A program made the translations under genes and the position numbers. The notes below the pieces were generated by a model. The model worked only from the letters and a program-made list of their open reading frames with translations. It made no database searches and was not told the DNA's origin. Of a DNA stretch of 64,000 nt, positions 27,950 through 38,067 are shown piece by piece (positions within the stretch are counted from its first letter, which is position 1; each line of letters starts with the position of its first letter). The stretch comes from Candidatus Microsyncoccus archaeolyticus (GTDB lineage: Bacteria > Patescibacteriota > Minisyncoccia > Minisyncoccales > Minisyncoccaceae), in the NCBI GenBank assembly GCA_036987155.1, contig BTXY01000003.1, positions 28,098-92,097 on the forward strand, written 5' to 3'.

Positions 27950-29175
27950 TGAATAACAAATCTTTCACCCTAATTGAAATCCTAACCGTGATCCTCATAG
28001 TAGGAATTCTTTCTGGAGTAATTATTGTAGCAACAAACAATGTGATTGATTCTACCCAGGATGCAAAGAGGAAAAAGGATCTAGACTCAATATCCAAAGC
28101 ACTCATGGAATACGGAGTAATGACAGGTTCTTACCCAGTAGAAGCTTCTGAGTGTGACATAGGGGATGGAACGTGTTTGGATGAATTAATTGATTCTGGA
28201 TATGCCAAAGGGTTTCCTCTAGACCCTTCTGGAGATAGGTACAAGTATACTTCTGATGGAATAACCTATACAATCAAGGCAACCCTGTCTGATAATCAAA
28301 CCTTAGCTTACAATCCTGATTCTGGTTATTCACAATACACTGGATTAGTAGGGTATACTAAGAGAAAGTCAATTACAATCAATTCCTCTGCAGCATTAAC
28401 AGACTACCAGGTCAAGATAGATGTTACTTATGACTCTGACATGCAAGCTGACTTTGATGATTTGAGGTTTACCTTGTCTAATGGTACTACTGAGCTTAGT
28501 CATTGGTTAGAATCAAAAACAGATTCTGTTTCTGCAGTATTCTGGGTTAAGGTTCCTTCCTTGTCTATTGGAGACAATACAATCTACGCATACTATGGCA
28601 ATGCTTCTGCTTCTACTGGTTCTAATGGGGATAATACGTTTGAGTTCTTTGATGGGTTTGAGGGAAGTTCTGTGGATACAAATAAATGGGAAGGTCACTT
28701 TGATCATATTTCTATTTCCAATAGCATAATTAGCTTGACATATGATAGCAACATAGAATCTTTACCTTCTTTGTCGCTTACAAGACCTTTAATTTTAGAA
28801 TCTAGATTTAAATCTAGTTCTAACAGTTACAGAACATGGATAACGCTATCTAACGAGACATTGTCTACTGATTTGGGTTTTGATTGGCAGCTATTATCTT
28901 CTACATGCTATTCCAGAGGAACGAATTATGTAGCAATTGGTACTGGATATACTGATTGGAACAGATATACAACGAAATGGACCACGACTAATGTTTTAAA
29001 TTATATAAATGGATCTTTGGTTCAAAATCATTCAGGTTCTCCCTCTGAAAATTTAGAAATAAATGTTTGGGCATGGACATCTGGAGCGAATCCACAATTA
29101 GACTGGATTGCAATTCGCAAGTACACTGCCACCGAACCCTCTATCTCTTCCTGGGGAACAGAAGAATATATTTAA
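27949..29175 (+). CDS. Type IV pilin-like protein (prepilin N-terminal methylation motif) with DUF2341 and lectin/LamG-like C-terminal domains
   Basis: MNNKS|FTLIEILTVILIVGIL. DUF2341-like YQVKIDVTYDSDMQADFDDLRF...WVKVPSL..GDNTIYAYYGN. The ATG shares one nt with the gap stop (TAATG). Confidence 0.7.
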   Translation: MNNKSFTLIEILTVILIVGILSGVIIVATNNVIDSTQDAKRKKDLDSISKALMEYGVMTGSYPVEASECDIGDGTCLDELIDSGYAKGFPLDPSGDRYKYTSDGITYTIKATLSDNQTLAYNPDSGYSQYTGLVGYTKRKSITINSSAALTDYQVKIDVTYDSDMQADFDDLRFTLSNGTTELSHWLESKTDSVSAVFWVKVPSLSIGDNTIYAYYGNASASTGSNGDNTFEFFDGFEGSSVDTNKWEGHFDHISISNSIISLTYDSNIESLPSLSLTRPLILESRFKSSSNSYRTWITLSNETLSTDLGFDWQLLSSTCYSRGTNYVAIGTGYTDWNRYTTKWTTTNVLNYINGSLVQNHSGSPSENLEINVWAWTSGANPQLDWIAIRKYTATEPSISSWGTEEYI

Positions 29176-29184
29176 TTTTTATAC

Positions 29185-29214
29185 TTGTCTCAAATAGATT
29201 TTTAATGATATAAT
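29185..29214 (+). promoter_or_regulatory. Promoter TTGTCT-18nt-TATAAT; ATG 6 nt after the -10
   Basis: TATAAT 29209-29214, ATG 29221. Confidence 0.5.
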
Positions 29215-29220
29215 ATACTC

Positions 29221-29844
29221 ATGGAAATATTAAGCTTTAAAGAAGCCAAAGATATTCTTTTGAAATACAAGATGCCTTTTTGCCAGACAGAAATTTTTGA
29301 TTCTTTAAGCAAAGCATTAACTTATGCAGAGGAAATAAAATTTCCCGTTGTTTTAAAGGCCTATGGTAAAAATATATTTCATAGAACAGAGAAGAATGGT
29401 GTTGCAACCAATATTAAAACAAAAGAAGAGTTTAGGAATGAGTGGAATAATATTTATGATAATTCTAAGGAGATAGAGGGTATTTTAGTTCAAGAAATGG
29501 TTAAGGGAAAAGAATTTATAATTGGTATGAATAGGGACGAGCAGTTTGGTCCTGTTTTAATATTTGGAATGGGCGGAATTTATACAGAATTGTATAAAGA
29601 TGTTTCTTTGAGATTGCCTCCAGTCTCGAGAAAAGATATTTCAGATATGATAAGGGAAACAAAAGCATATGAAATTATAAGAGGATTTAGGGGAGAAGCT
29701 ATAGATGAAGAAAAAATGATTGATTTAATATTAAAATTATCAAATCTTTCACTCAAAGAAAGAAGAATTAAATCAATTGATTTCAATCCTGTTATAGGAA
29801 ACAAAAAAGAACTATTAATAGTTGATTTTAAGATTGTTGTATGA
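29221..29844 (+). CDS. ADP-forming acetyl-CoA synthetase (acetate--CoA ligase), beta subunit (ATP-grasp)
   Basis: ATP-grasp_5-like FPVVLKAY...GILVQEM...GPVLIFGMGGIYTE. 4-nt overlap with the alpha subunit gene. Confidence 0.7.
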   Translation: MEILSFKEAKDILLKYKMPFCQTEIFDSLSKALTYAEEIKFPVVLKAYGKNIFHRTEKNGVATNIKTKEEFRNEWNNIYDNSKEIEGILVQEMVKGKEFIIGMNRDEQFGPVLIFGMGGIYTELYKDVSLRLPPVSRKDISDMIRETKAYEIIRGFRGEAIDEEKMIDLILKLSNLSLKERRIKSIDFNPVIGNKKELLIVDFKIVV

Positions 29845-31175
29845 ATTTAGAAAACATACTCGACCCACAAAGTATTGCTATTATTGGTGCAAGCGGAGAA
29901 CCCAAGACAGTTGGCATGGGCTTGGTTAATAACCTGATCGACAGTCAGAAAAAAGTTTATTACATCAACCCTTTTAAAGAAGAAGTTTTAGGTACTAAAA
30001 CCTTTAAAAATATAAATGATGTTAAAGAAAAAATTGATTTAGCGATTATTGCTGTTCCGGCAAAAGTAGTATTAGAAGTATTAAATGATTGCATTAATAA
30101 AAAAGTAAAAGGCATAATTGTAATATCTAGTGGTTTTGGAGAAACAGGAGAAAAAGGAAAAGAATTAGAAATTCAATTAAAAGAATTAGCTGATAAAGCT
30201 AAGATTCCTTTAATCGGTCCTAATTGTTTGGGAATCATGAATCTTAATAAAGACCTTAATGCTTCTTTTGCACCCCTTACTCCTAAAAAAGGCAACATTG
30301 CTCTTGTTTCTCAGTCCGGAGCCCTTATAGACGCTTTAATTGATGTTAGCACTAAAACAAATCTAGGGTTTTCTAAGATTATTTCTTATGGTAACGAATC
30401 TCAAGTTGATCTACTTGAATTTCTTGAATACTTGAAAAAAGACAAAGAAACTAAAGTCATTCTTTTATACTTAGAAGGAGTAAAGGATGGTAAAAGATTT
30501 TTTGAGATTGCTAAAGATGTTTCTAAGGAAAAGCCAATTATTGTTTTGAAATCAGGAAAGAGCAAGCTAGGAGAAAAAGCAATATCAACCCATACTGGTT
30601 CTTTAGCTGGAGGATATGATGTTTACAGGGCAGTTTTTAAACAAACAGGATTAATTGAGGTTGATTCGATTGAAGAATTATTAGATGTTGGTAAAGCTTT
30701 ATCATTTTTAAATAGGCCCAAAAAAGGAATTGGAATTATTACAAATGGTGGAGGACTAGGAGTGTTAGCTGTTGATTATTGTGAAAAATATGGAATAGAA
30801 ATTAAAGAATTAAGCAAAGAAACAACTGAAAAATTAGACAAAGAACTAGAAAAAGTTTTAATTAAAAGAAATCCTTTAGATGTTTTAGGAGATGCTGATT
30901 CAGAAAGATATGAAATAGGAATAAAAAGTCTTTTAGAGCAAAAAGATATTAATACATTAGTTGTTATTCAGGCAATGCAAGTAATGACAGATCCAGATAA
31001 AAATGCTAAAATTGTTGTAGAATTAAAAAAACAATTCCCCTTAAAAACAATTATTTGTTGTTTTGTAGGAGAAGGACTAGTTAAAAATGCAGTTGATTAT
31101 TTAGAAGAAAATAATATTCCTAATTATTCTGATCCTAAAAGGGCAATCAAAGTAATCAAGGATTTGTGTTTATGA
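29841..31175 (+). CDS. ADP-forming acetyl-CoA synthetase, alpha subunit (CoA-binding + ligase-CoA domains)
   Basis: PQSIAIIGAS, GPNCLGI, and STHTGSLAG (phosphohistidine loop). Confidence 0.75.
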   Translation: MNLENILDPQSIAIIGASGEPKTVGMGLVNNLIDSQKKVYYINPFKEEVLGTKTFKNINDVKEKIDLAIIAVPAKVVLEVLNDCINKKVKGIIVISSGFGETGEKGKELEIQLKELADKAKIPLIGPNCLGIMNLNKDLNASFAPLTPKKGNIALVSQSGALIDALIDVSTKTNLGFSKIISYGNESQVDLLEFLEYLKKDKETKVILLYLEGVKDGKRFFEIAKDVSKEKPIIVLKSGKSKLGEKAISTHTGSLAGGYDVYRAVFKQTGLIEVDSIEELLDVGKALSFLNRPKKGIGIITNGGGLGVLAVDYCEKYGIEIKELSKETTEKLDKELEKVLIKRNPLDVLGDADSERYEIGIKSLLEQKDINTLVVIQAMQVMTDPDKNAKIVVELKKQFPLKTIICCFVGEGLVKNAVDYLEENNIPNYSDPKRAIKVIKDLCL

Positions 31176-31268
31176 ATATTTTAGTATTTCTTTTAGATTT
31201 AATCTTTATAATCTTTTTTTTAATATTATCATTAATAACGCTTTTCGGCGGTTAAATATATATTGCTT

Positions 31269-33626
31269 ATGAAAAATATTTTATGGTTTTCTGAATTAAG
31301 AAAAACAGATGTTAATGAGGTTGGAGGCAAAAGTGCATCTCTTGGAGAAATGTATTCAATGCTAACTCCGAAAGGAATCAATATTCCCAATGGTTTTTCA
31401 ACTACTGCTCATGCATATTTAAGTTTTCTTGAGTACAATGGATTTGATAAAAAATTAAAGGAAATATTTTCTACTTTTAACCCTGATGATTTGAGTAATC
31501 TTCAGGAAACAGGAAGAAAAGCAAGAAATTTGCTTTTATCTGGAAAGTTTCCTCCAGAATTAGAAAAGGAGATAGTCGAAGCTTATGCAAAACTTTGCAA
31601 AGAATATGGTCCTAATTGTGATGTAGCAGTTAGATCTTCTGCTACTGCTGAAGACTCTGTTTCAGCTTCTTTTGCAGGACAACACGAAACATATCTTAAT
31701 ATCAGAGGAAAGAAAGAAGTTTTAAAAGCAGTAATTAAATCGTTTTCGTCATTGTTTACTGACAGATCTATTTCATATAAGAATGAGAAAGGGTTTGATC
31801 AATTAGGAGTGTATTTAGCTTCTTGTGTTATGAAGATGGTTAGAAGCGATTCTTCTTCATCTGGAATAATGTTTACATTAGACACTGAAACAGGATTTAA
31901 GGATGTTGTACATATTAGTTCCATATTTGGTGTGGGAGAACTAATTGTAAAAGGAAGAATCACTCCTGATGATTTTTATGTTTTTAAACCAACCCTTAAA
32001 AAAGGATTTAAATCAGTGATAATTAAAAATATTGGTAGAAAAACTAGAAAATATATTTATGGAACAGAGGGAGGATTAAAAGACGTGCCAACAACTAAAA
32101 AAGAAGAAAGCAGTTTTTCTTTAACAGAAGACGAAGTATTAACACTAGCAAAATGGGGGTGCATTGTTGAAGAGCATTATGGAATTGCACAAGACATTGA
32201 ATGGGCAAAGGACGGAAAAACAAAAAAGCTTTTTATTGTTCAGTCCCGTCCTGAAACAGTTCACAATGCTGGAGATAGTAATGTTTATGAAGAATATGAG
32301 ATTGATATTAGTAGTGAGCCAATAGTAACGGGAATCGCTATTGGAGAAAAAATTGGTTCTGGAAGAGTTAGAGTAATATCAGATATTAAAAAAATGAAAG
32401 AGTTTGAAGAAGGAGAGGTTTTGGTTACCAAGATGACTGATCCTGATTGGAATAGTATTATGGTTAAAGCATCGGCAATTATTACCGATGAAGGAGGAAA
32501 GACATGTCATAGCGCAATTATTTCAAGAGAATTAGGTATCCCTTGTATTGTTGGTAGCAGAGATGCGACTAAAAAATTGAAAACAGGAATGAAAGTAACT
32601 GTTGATTGTACTCAAATGAAAGGAAGAGTGTTCAATGGAGAAATTCCTTTTAATGTCAAGAAATATGATTTAAAAGAAATTCCTTCTCTTCCAATGAAAA
32701 TAATGCTTAATATTGGAACACCAGAATCAGCATTTAAGTCATCGTTTTTACCTGTTTCTGGAGTAGGATTAGCAAGAGAAGAATTTATTATCGCTGAAAA
32801 AATAAAAGCTCATCCTTTAGCCTTGGTTCATTTTAATAAACTAAAGTCAAAGATGTCTAAAGAAGAGATATCTAAAATTGAAGACTTAACAGTTGGATAT
32901 AAAAACAAAACAGATTTCTATATCAATGAACTATCAGAAGGAATAAGTCAAATAGGAGCAGCTTTTTATCCAAAACCAGTAATTGTTAGATTTTCTGATT
33001 TCAAAAGCAATGAATATAATAACCTAATTGGAGGAAAATATTTTGAGGACGAAGAATCTAATCCAATGATTGGTTTTAGGGGTGCATGTAGATATGTTGA
33101 TCCTAAATTTCAGCCAGCTTTTGAGTTAGAATGCAAAGCAATTAAAAAAGCTAGAGAAATATTTGGATTAACTAATATTGCTGTTATGGTTCCTTTTTGC
33201 AGAACAGTAGAAGAAGGAAAAAAGGTAAGAGAGCTAATGAAAGAATTTGGTTTAAAAGATAGTTCTTTAAAGGTTTACGTTATGTGTGAGATTCCTTCGA
33301 ATGTAATTTTAGCAAATAAATTTTTAAATGTTTTTGATGGAATGAGTATTGGATCAAACGATTTAACTCAGTTAGTTTTAGGATTAGACAGGGATAATGG
33401 TAAAATAGCATATGTTGGTAATGAAAAGAACGAAGCAGTAATGAAATTAATAAAAGAAGTGATTAAAAAGTGCAAGCAACATAGAAAATATTGTGGTATT
33501 TGCGGACAAGCTCCTTCTGATTATCCTGAATTTGCCAAGTTTTTAATGAAAGAGGGGATTGAAAGTGCATCTCTTAATCCAGATACAGTTATTAAGACAA
33601 TATTAAAGTTGACTAACAAGCTTTAA
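31269..33626 (+). CDS. ppsA: Phosphoenolpyruvate synthase
   Basis: VGGKSASLGEM, GGKTCHSAIISRELGIPCIVG (swivel His) and GSNDLTQ. Trimmed to ATG 31269. Confidence 0.9.
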   Translation: MKNILWFSELRKTDVNEVGGKSASLGEMYSMLTPKGINIPNGFSTTAHAYLSFLEYNGFDKKLKEIFSTFNPDDLSNLQETGRKARNLLLSGKFPPELEKEIVEAYAKLCKEYGPNCDVAVRSSATAEDSVSASFAGQHETYLNIRGKKEVLKAVIKSFSSLFTDRSISYKNEKGFDQLGVYLASCVMKMVRSDSSSSGIMFTLDTETGFKDVVHISSIFGVGELIVKGRITPDDFYVFKPTLKKGFKSVIIKNIGRKTRKYIYGTEGGLKDVPTTKKEESSFSLTEDEVLTLAKWGCIVEEHYGIAQDIEWAKDGKTKKLFIVQSRPETVHNAGDSNVYEEYEIDISSEPIVTGIAIGEKIGSGRVRVISDIKKMKEFEEGEVLVTKMTDPDWNSIMVKASAIITDEGGKTCHSAIISRELGIPCIVGSRDATKKLKTGMKVTVDCTQMKGRVFNGEIPFNVKKYDLKEIPSLPMKIMLNIGTPESAFKSSFLPVSGVGLAREEFIIAEKIKAHPLALVHFNKLKSKMSKEEISKIEDLTVGYKNKTDFYINELSEGISQIGAAFYPKPVIVRFSDFKSNEYNNLIGGKYFEDEESNPMIGFRGACRYVDPKFQPAFELECKAIKKAREIFGLTNIAVMVPFCRTVEEGKKVRELMKEFGLKDSSLKVYVMCEIPSNVILANKFLNVFDGMSIGSNDLTQLVLGLDRDNGKIAYVGNEKNEAVMKLIKEVIKKCKQHRKYCGICGQAPSDYPEFAKFLMKEGIESASLNPDTVIKTILKLTNKL

Positions 33627-34489
33627 TGAATAAATCATTCACGTTAATAGAGATACTAGTGGTAATAATTGTAGTAGGAATCCTTTCTTCCTTTATTCTC
33701 GTTGGAATGAGTTCAATATCAGAAAGTGCTAATATTGCTAAATCTAAGGCTTTTTCTGATTCACTCAGAAATTCTTTATTAACTAACCTTGTTTCAGAGT
33801 GGAAACTAGACGAAGGAACAGGAACTACTGCCTATGACTCTTGGGGAACCAACAATGGAACTCTAACTAACGGACCTACATGGGTTACTTCTGGTTGTGT
33901 GTCAAACAACTGTCTTTCCTTTGATGGGACGGATGATTATATTAGTATCAATCCTTTTTCTCTTTCTGGAGATAAGCTTACATTTGAATTTTGGTTAAAA
34001 TGTTCTCAGCAGTCTTATCACCAAACAATTCTAGGAGATGGTTCACAAAGTAATACGGTGGGATATATTTTTATATACAGGGAATCAACTGGAAGAGCTA
34101 TACTTTTTCAATTTGCTGATGGAACAGCTTGGAGATATGTTAGTTCTGGTAATTTTTTTATAGGATCAGAAAACGTATTAGTCCATTTAACAATAACTTC
34201 TGATTACACAAATAGGATTATTAAGTTTTATAAAAACGGTGTTCTTTTTTCTCAACCCGTAGTATCTTATCCAATGCTTTTTCCTTCCGTTTCTAGAACA
34301 AGATATTTGGGATCTTATAATTCAGGAAGCCATAGATTCAATGGTTTAATGGATGATATCCGAATTTATAATGATATTGTTTCTTCTTTGAAAATAAAAC
34401 AAAATTATTATTCTGGCTTGAATAATTTAATTGTTAGAGATAATATAAACAATGAAGAATATACAAATAAATTAATGGCAATAAAATAA
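33626..34489 (+). CDS. Type IV pilin-like protein with LamG (laminin-G_3/concanavalin-like) domain
   Basis: MNKS|FTLIEILVVIIVVGIL. The LamG_3 pattern is WKLDEGTGTTAYDS...LSFDGTDDYI...GLMDDIRIYN. The ATG shares one nt with the ppsA stop (TAATG). Confidence 0.7.
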   Translation: MNKSFTLIEILVVIIVVGILSSFILVGMSSISESANIAKSKAFSDSLRNSLLTNLVSEWKLDEGTGTTAYDSWGTNNGTLTNGPTWVTSGCVSNNCLSFDGTDDYISINPFSLSGDKLTFEFWLKCSQQSYHQTILGDGSQSNTVGYIFIYRESTGRAILFQFADGTAWRYVSSGNFFIGSENVLVHLTITSDYTNRIIKFYKNGVLFSQPVVSYPMLFPSVSRTRYLGSYNSGSHRFNGLMDDIRIYNDIVSSLKIKQNYYSGLNNLIVRDNINNEEYTNKLMAIK

Positions 34490-34491
34490 AT

Positions 34492-35481
34492 ATGTTTGAT
34501 ATAATTACATTCGGTTCAGCAACTTGGGATATATCTCTTAAAATCTCACCTAAAAGAGTAAAAGATGAGGCTGATTTAATATTAGACAGAGGGATATTCT
34601 TTAATCTTGGATCAAAAATAGACGTTGATGATATGTATTTTAGCTTTGGTGGAGGTGGAATTAATACAGGAACGTCTTTTAAAAATCAAGGGTTTAAAGT
34701 GGCTTATTGTGGTTCGGTTGGAGACGATATTCCTGGTAGAGAAATAATAGAATATTTGAAAAATAATAAAATTGATTATTCTCTTGTTGTTAAAAAAGAA
34801 AAACCGACAAATAATTCCGTTATATTCCACATTTACAATGAAGACAGAACTGTTTTAGCTTATAGGGGAGCATCAGAGCTATTAAGTAAAAACGACATTA
34901 ATTTTGATAAATTAAAAGCCTCTTGGTTCTATTTAGCACCCTTATCAGGAAAATTAAGTTTTATGACAGAGGAGATTGTTAATTTTGCTAAAAAACAGGG
35001 AATCAAGGTTTTAATTAATTTTGGAAATTCTCAATTAAAAATGAGCAAGAGTAAATTAAAGAACATATTAAATAAATCAGACATTCTCTTGCTAAACAAA
35101 GAAGAAGCAGCTTTTTTAACTAAAGTTAAATACGAAAAAGAAGAAGAAATAATTAAAGAGATTAATAAATTACACAAAGGAATAAATGTAATAACCAAAG
35201 GAGAAGAAGGTGTAGTTGTTTCAGATGGAAAACATATTTACGAAGCTAAGTTAAAAAGATTTAAGATTGTTGACAAAACAGGTGCAGGGGATTCTTTTGG
35301 TTCGGGATTTCTTTCGGGTTTTATTAAATCAAAAGGAGATATTGAATGCGCAATAAAGTTTGGATTGGTTAATTCTAAAAATTGTTTACTAGTAAAGGGG
35401 GCAACTAATGGACTATTAAAAGAAGAAGATAATTATTTAATTGCTAGGGAGAATATAAAGATTGAGACAAGGTATATTTAA
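34492..35481 (+). CDS. PfkB-family carbohydrate kinase
   Basis: GGGGINT and DKTGAGDSFGSGF. Confidence 0.8.
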   Translation: MFDIITFGSATWDISLKISPKRVKDEADLILDRGIFFNLGSKIDVDDMYFSFGGGGINTGTSFKNQGFKVAYCGSVGDDIPGREIIEYLKNNKIDYSLVVKKEKPTNNSVIFHIYNEDRTVLAYRGASELLSKNDINFDKLKASWFYLAPLSGKLSFMTEEIVNFAKKQGIKVLINFGNSQLKMSKSKLKNILNKSDILLLNKEEAAFLTKVKYEKEEEIIKEINKLHKGINVITKGEEGVVVSDGKHIYEAKLKRFKIVDKTGAGDSFGSGFLSGFIKSKGDIECAIKFGLVNSKNCLLVKGATNGLLKEEDNYLIARENIKIETRYI

Positions 35482-35485
35482 ACAC

Positions 35486-35514
35486 TTGCCAGAGAAAAAA
35501 ATAAATTGTATAAT
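35486..35514 (+). promoter_or_regulatory. Promoter TTGCCA-17nt-TATAAT
   Basis: TTGCCA 35486-35491, TATAAT 35509-35514. The next ATG is at 35541. Confidence 0.5.
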
Positions 35515-35540
35515 CAATATATAATAATATATAAATTATT

Positions 35541-36002
35541 ATGAGCAGAAGAAAAGCGTTTTATACTATATTGTTTATACTTTTAATTTTTTCTGTTATC
35601 TTTTATTTCTATGCAATGAGTAAAATATCTAAGCCCATAGATTATGATGAATTATCTATTGTTACGAGTAAGCAAGAATATAGTGCTGAAGAAAAAGCAG
35701 TAATTACTATTGAAAACAATTCTGAAAAGAAAGCATGTTTTTCTTCTTGCTATCCTTTTTACGTCCAAATACAAAATCCAGAAAAAAAGTTTTACAATTA
35801 TGAAGAATGTCCGTATGAAGATATTGCTAATATATGCATTGATCCTTATCAAAAGAAATCGTTTGAAATTGATTTAAAGGGTCAAGCAATGATAGTCCCT
35901 GCAGATTATCGTCTTGTAGTGTCTGCTTGTTTGAGTTGTAATTTAGGAGACGCATTTAAAAGAGAAGAATTCTTTTTTTCTAATGAATTTAGAGTAAAAT
36001 AA
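35541..36002 (+). CDS. Hypothetical membrane-anchored Cys-containing protein
   Basis: N-terminal TM helix. No recognisable motif. Confidence 0.5.
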   Translation: MSRRKAFYTILFILLIFSVIFYFYAMSKISKPIDYDELSIVTSKQEYSAEEKAVITIENNSEKKACFSSCYPFYVQIQNPEKKFYNYEECPYEDIANICIDPYQKKSFEIDLKGQAMIVPADYRLVVSACLSCNLGDAFKREEFFFSNEFRVK

Positions 36003-36003
36003 T

Positions 36004-36621
36004 ATGTTAAAAATAGAAGCAAAAATAAGAAATAATAAACATGTTGATGAGGGAAACGTTCCTGCAGTTCTTTATGGTCCGGGACTGGAAAATATTATTC
36101 TTCAAGTAGAAAAGAATGCTTTTGATAAGGTTTTTAAAGAAGCAGGAGAAACATTAATTGATTTAAAAGTTGGGGAAAAGGTTTATTCTGTTCTAATTTA
36201 TGATACACAAAAACATCCTTATACTGGTGAATTAATTCATATTGATTTTTACCAGCCAAACCTTAAAGAAGAAGTAGAGACCGAAGTTCCTTTAGAAATA
36301 GAGGGTGAAGCACCAGCAGTTAAAAATCTTGGAGGAACTTTAATTACCAACATTAAAGAATTGAGCGTTAAGGCTTTGCCAAAAGACTTGCCAAATAAAA
36401 TTAAGATTAATGTAGACAATCTGAATACTTTTGAAGATTTTATTCTTGTTAAAGATATAAAAATGCCAACAGGAGTTGTGGTGTTAGATAATCCAGAAGA
36501 AATAGTGGTTCAGGTGGTTGAACCAGAAAAAGTAGAGGAAGAGCTTGCTAAGCCGTTGGAAGAAAAATTGCCAGAAGTTGTAGAAAAGAAAGAGGAGGCA
36601 AAGCAAGAAGAGGAAAAATAA
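36004..36621 (+). CDS. rplY: 50S ribosomal protein L25 (Ctc form)
   Basis: GNVPAVLYGPG...; HIDFYQP; acidic C-terminal tail. Confidence 0.85.
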   Translation: MLKIEAKIRNNKHVDEGNVPAVLYGPGLENIILQVEKNAFDKVFKEAGETLIDLKVGEKVYSVLIYDTQKHPYTGELIHIDFYQPNLKEEVETEVPLEIEGEAPAVKNLGGTLITNIKELSVKALPKDLPNKIKINVDNLNTFEDFILVKDIKMPTGVVVLDNPEEIVVQVVEPEKVEEELAKPLEEKLPEVVEKKEEAKQEEEK

Positions 36622-36634
36622 TTTATTAATTCAA

Positions 36635-38056
36635 ATGTTCAGTTTTTTAAAAAGTAAAATCATTATTCTATTATTTGTATTAGGATTTTTTATCCCAGTT
36701 TTTACTTTGGCTGAATATGATTTGGAGAAATTATGTGAATCTGGCGGATGGGAAACAGAATGTAACAATTTATCTCAAAAAGAGTGTGAGAATCTATGCA
36801 ATCAGTGTCTTGATTATTTAAATCAAAAAGCAGCTAAAGTACAACAGGAAATATCAGAAACAGGGCAAAAGAAAACAACTCTTCAAAATCAAATTACAAC
36901 TCTGAATAAAAAAATTAAAGACATTGATTATCAAATATATCAATCAAACATATCTATTAAGAGTTTGGGTTTTCAAATAGATGATACGGAAAAATCAATA
37001 GGTGAAACATCTTTAAGTGTTGAAGATCAAAGGAAAAAAGTAGCAGAAATTTTGAGGGCAGTTGAGAAAGAAGATAAAAAACCGTTTTTCGAGATATTAA
37101 TTTCTAGCGAAAGCCTGTCTGATTTTTTTGATAATTTAATTTATTTAGAAACACTAAGCGCGAAAAATAGAGAAGTATTGTCAAACCTTCAGGATCTTGA
37201 AAGCAGTTTAAGAACAAAAAAGGTAAATTTAGAAGAAGAAACAGATGAATTAAAAAATTTAGTTATTGTTCAGGCGATTAAAAAAGAAGAAAGTGCAAAA
37301 ATAAAAGAAGAAAGACAGTATTATTTAAATTTAACTGAAAAAGAATATCAAGCCAAACTTCAAGAAAAAAGTGCAATAGATAAACAAGCAGCAGAAATTA
37401 GTCAAAGAATATTCGAACTTATTGGAGTCAAAGAGGGGGGAATTGAGTTTGGAGAAGCAGTTGAAATAGCAAAGTCAGTTGAGAAAATAACAGGAGTAAG
37501 AGCAGCTTTTCTTTTAGCTATAATTCATCAAGAATCATATAATAAGGGTAAGTTTGGAGGAAATGTTGGACAATGTTATGTTACTAATTTTACAACTGGA
37601 TCAGGAACTGATTTAAAGGGCAATCCAAAAACTAGAGTTATGAGTCCTACAACTCAAATTCAATTGTTTATACAATTAACTAAAGATTTAGGAATGGAAG
37701 CAACAAAAACAGCAGTTTCCTGCTGGTTGCCACTTTATTCAAAAGGAGTTCCTTATGGATGGGGAGGAGCAATGGGTCCCGCACAATTTATTCCTTCTAC
37801 CTGGAATGCATATAGGAAGAGCGTGGAAGCTGTTACTGGTAGACCTGCTAATCCTTGGAATATTAATGATGCCTTTTTAGCTTCAGGCTTTTTATTAAGA
37901 GATAATGGAGCGGCAAGTAATGAGTTTAGAGCAGCAATGATGTATTTTTCTGGTGCATCATGGACAAAGCAAGAAGAGTTTTATGGAAGAAGCGTTGTTG
38001 CTAAAGCAGCAGAATTTGCTAAAGATATTGCAATATTAGAACAAGCTCAAAAATAA
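36635..38056 (+). CDS. Secreted coiled-coil protein with C-terminal lytic-transglycosylase-like peptidoglycan hydrolase domain
   Basis: Signal peptide and a long heptad-rich region. C-terminal LLAIIHQES...MGPAQFIPSTW resembles the SLT_2/MltB-type catalytic region. Confidence 0.6.
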   Translation: MFSFLKSKIIILLFVLGFFIPVFTLAEYDLEKLCESGGWETECNNLSQKECENLCNQCLDYLNQKAAKVQQEISETGQKKTTLQNQITTLNKKIKDIDYQIYQSNISIKSLGFQIDDTEKSIGETSLSVEDQRKKVAEILRAVEKEDKKPFFEILISSESLSDFFDNLIYLETLSAKNREVLSNLQDLESSLRTKKVNLEEETDELKNLVIVQAIKKEESAKIKEERQYYLNLTEKEYQAKLQEKSAIDKQAAEISQRIFELIGVKEGGIEFGEAVEIAKSVEKITGVRAAFLLAIIHQESYNKGKFGGNVGQCYVTNFTTGSGTDLKGNPKTRVMSPTTQIQLFIQLTKDLGMEATKTAVSCWLPLYSKGVPYGWGGAMGPAQFIPSTWNAYRKSVEAVTGRPANPWNINDAFLASGFLLRDNGAASNEFRAAMMYFSGASWTKQEEFYGRSVVAKAAEFAKDIAILEQAQK

Positions 38057-38067
38057 GAAGAAGCAGA

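Noticed and set aside
31176-31262. 87-nt intergenic region before ppsA, checked for a riboswitch or attenuator
   Set aside because: It is almost pure A/T with only a weak 4-5 bp pairing around AACGCTTTTCGGCGGTT, and no conserved riboswitch core is recognisable.
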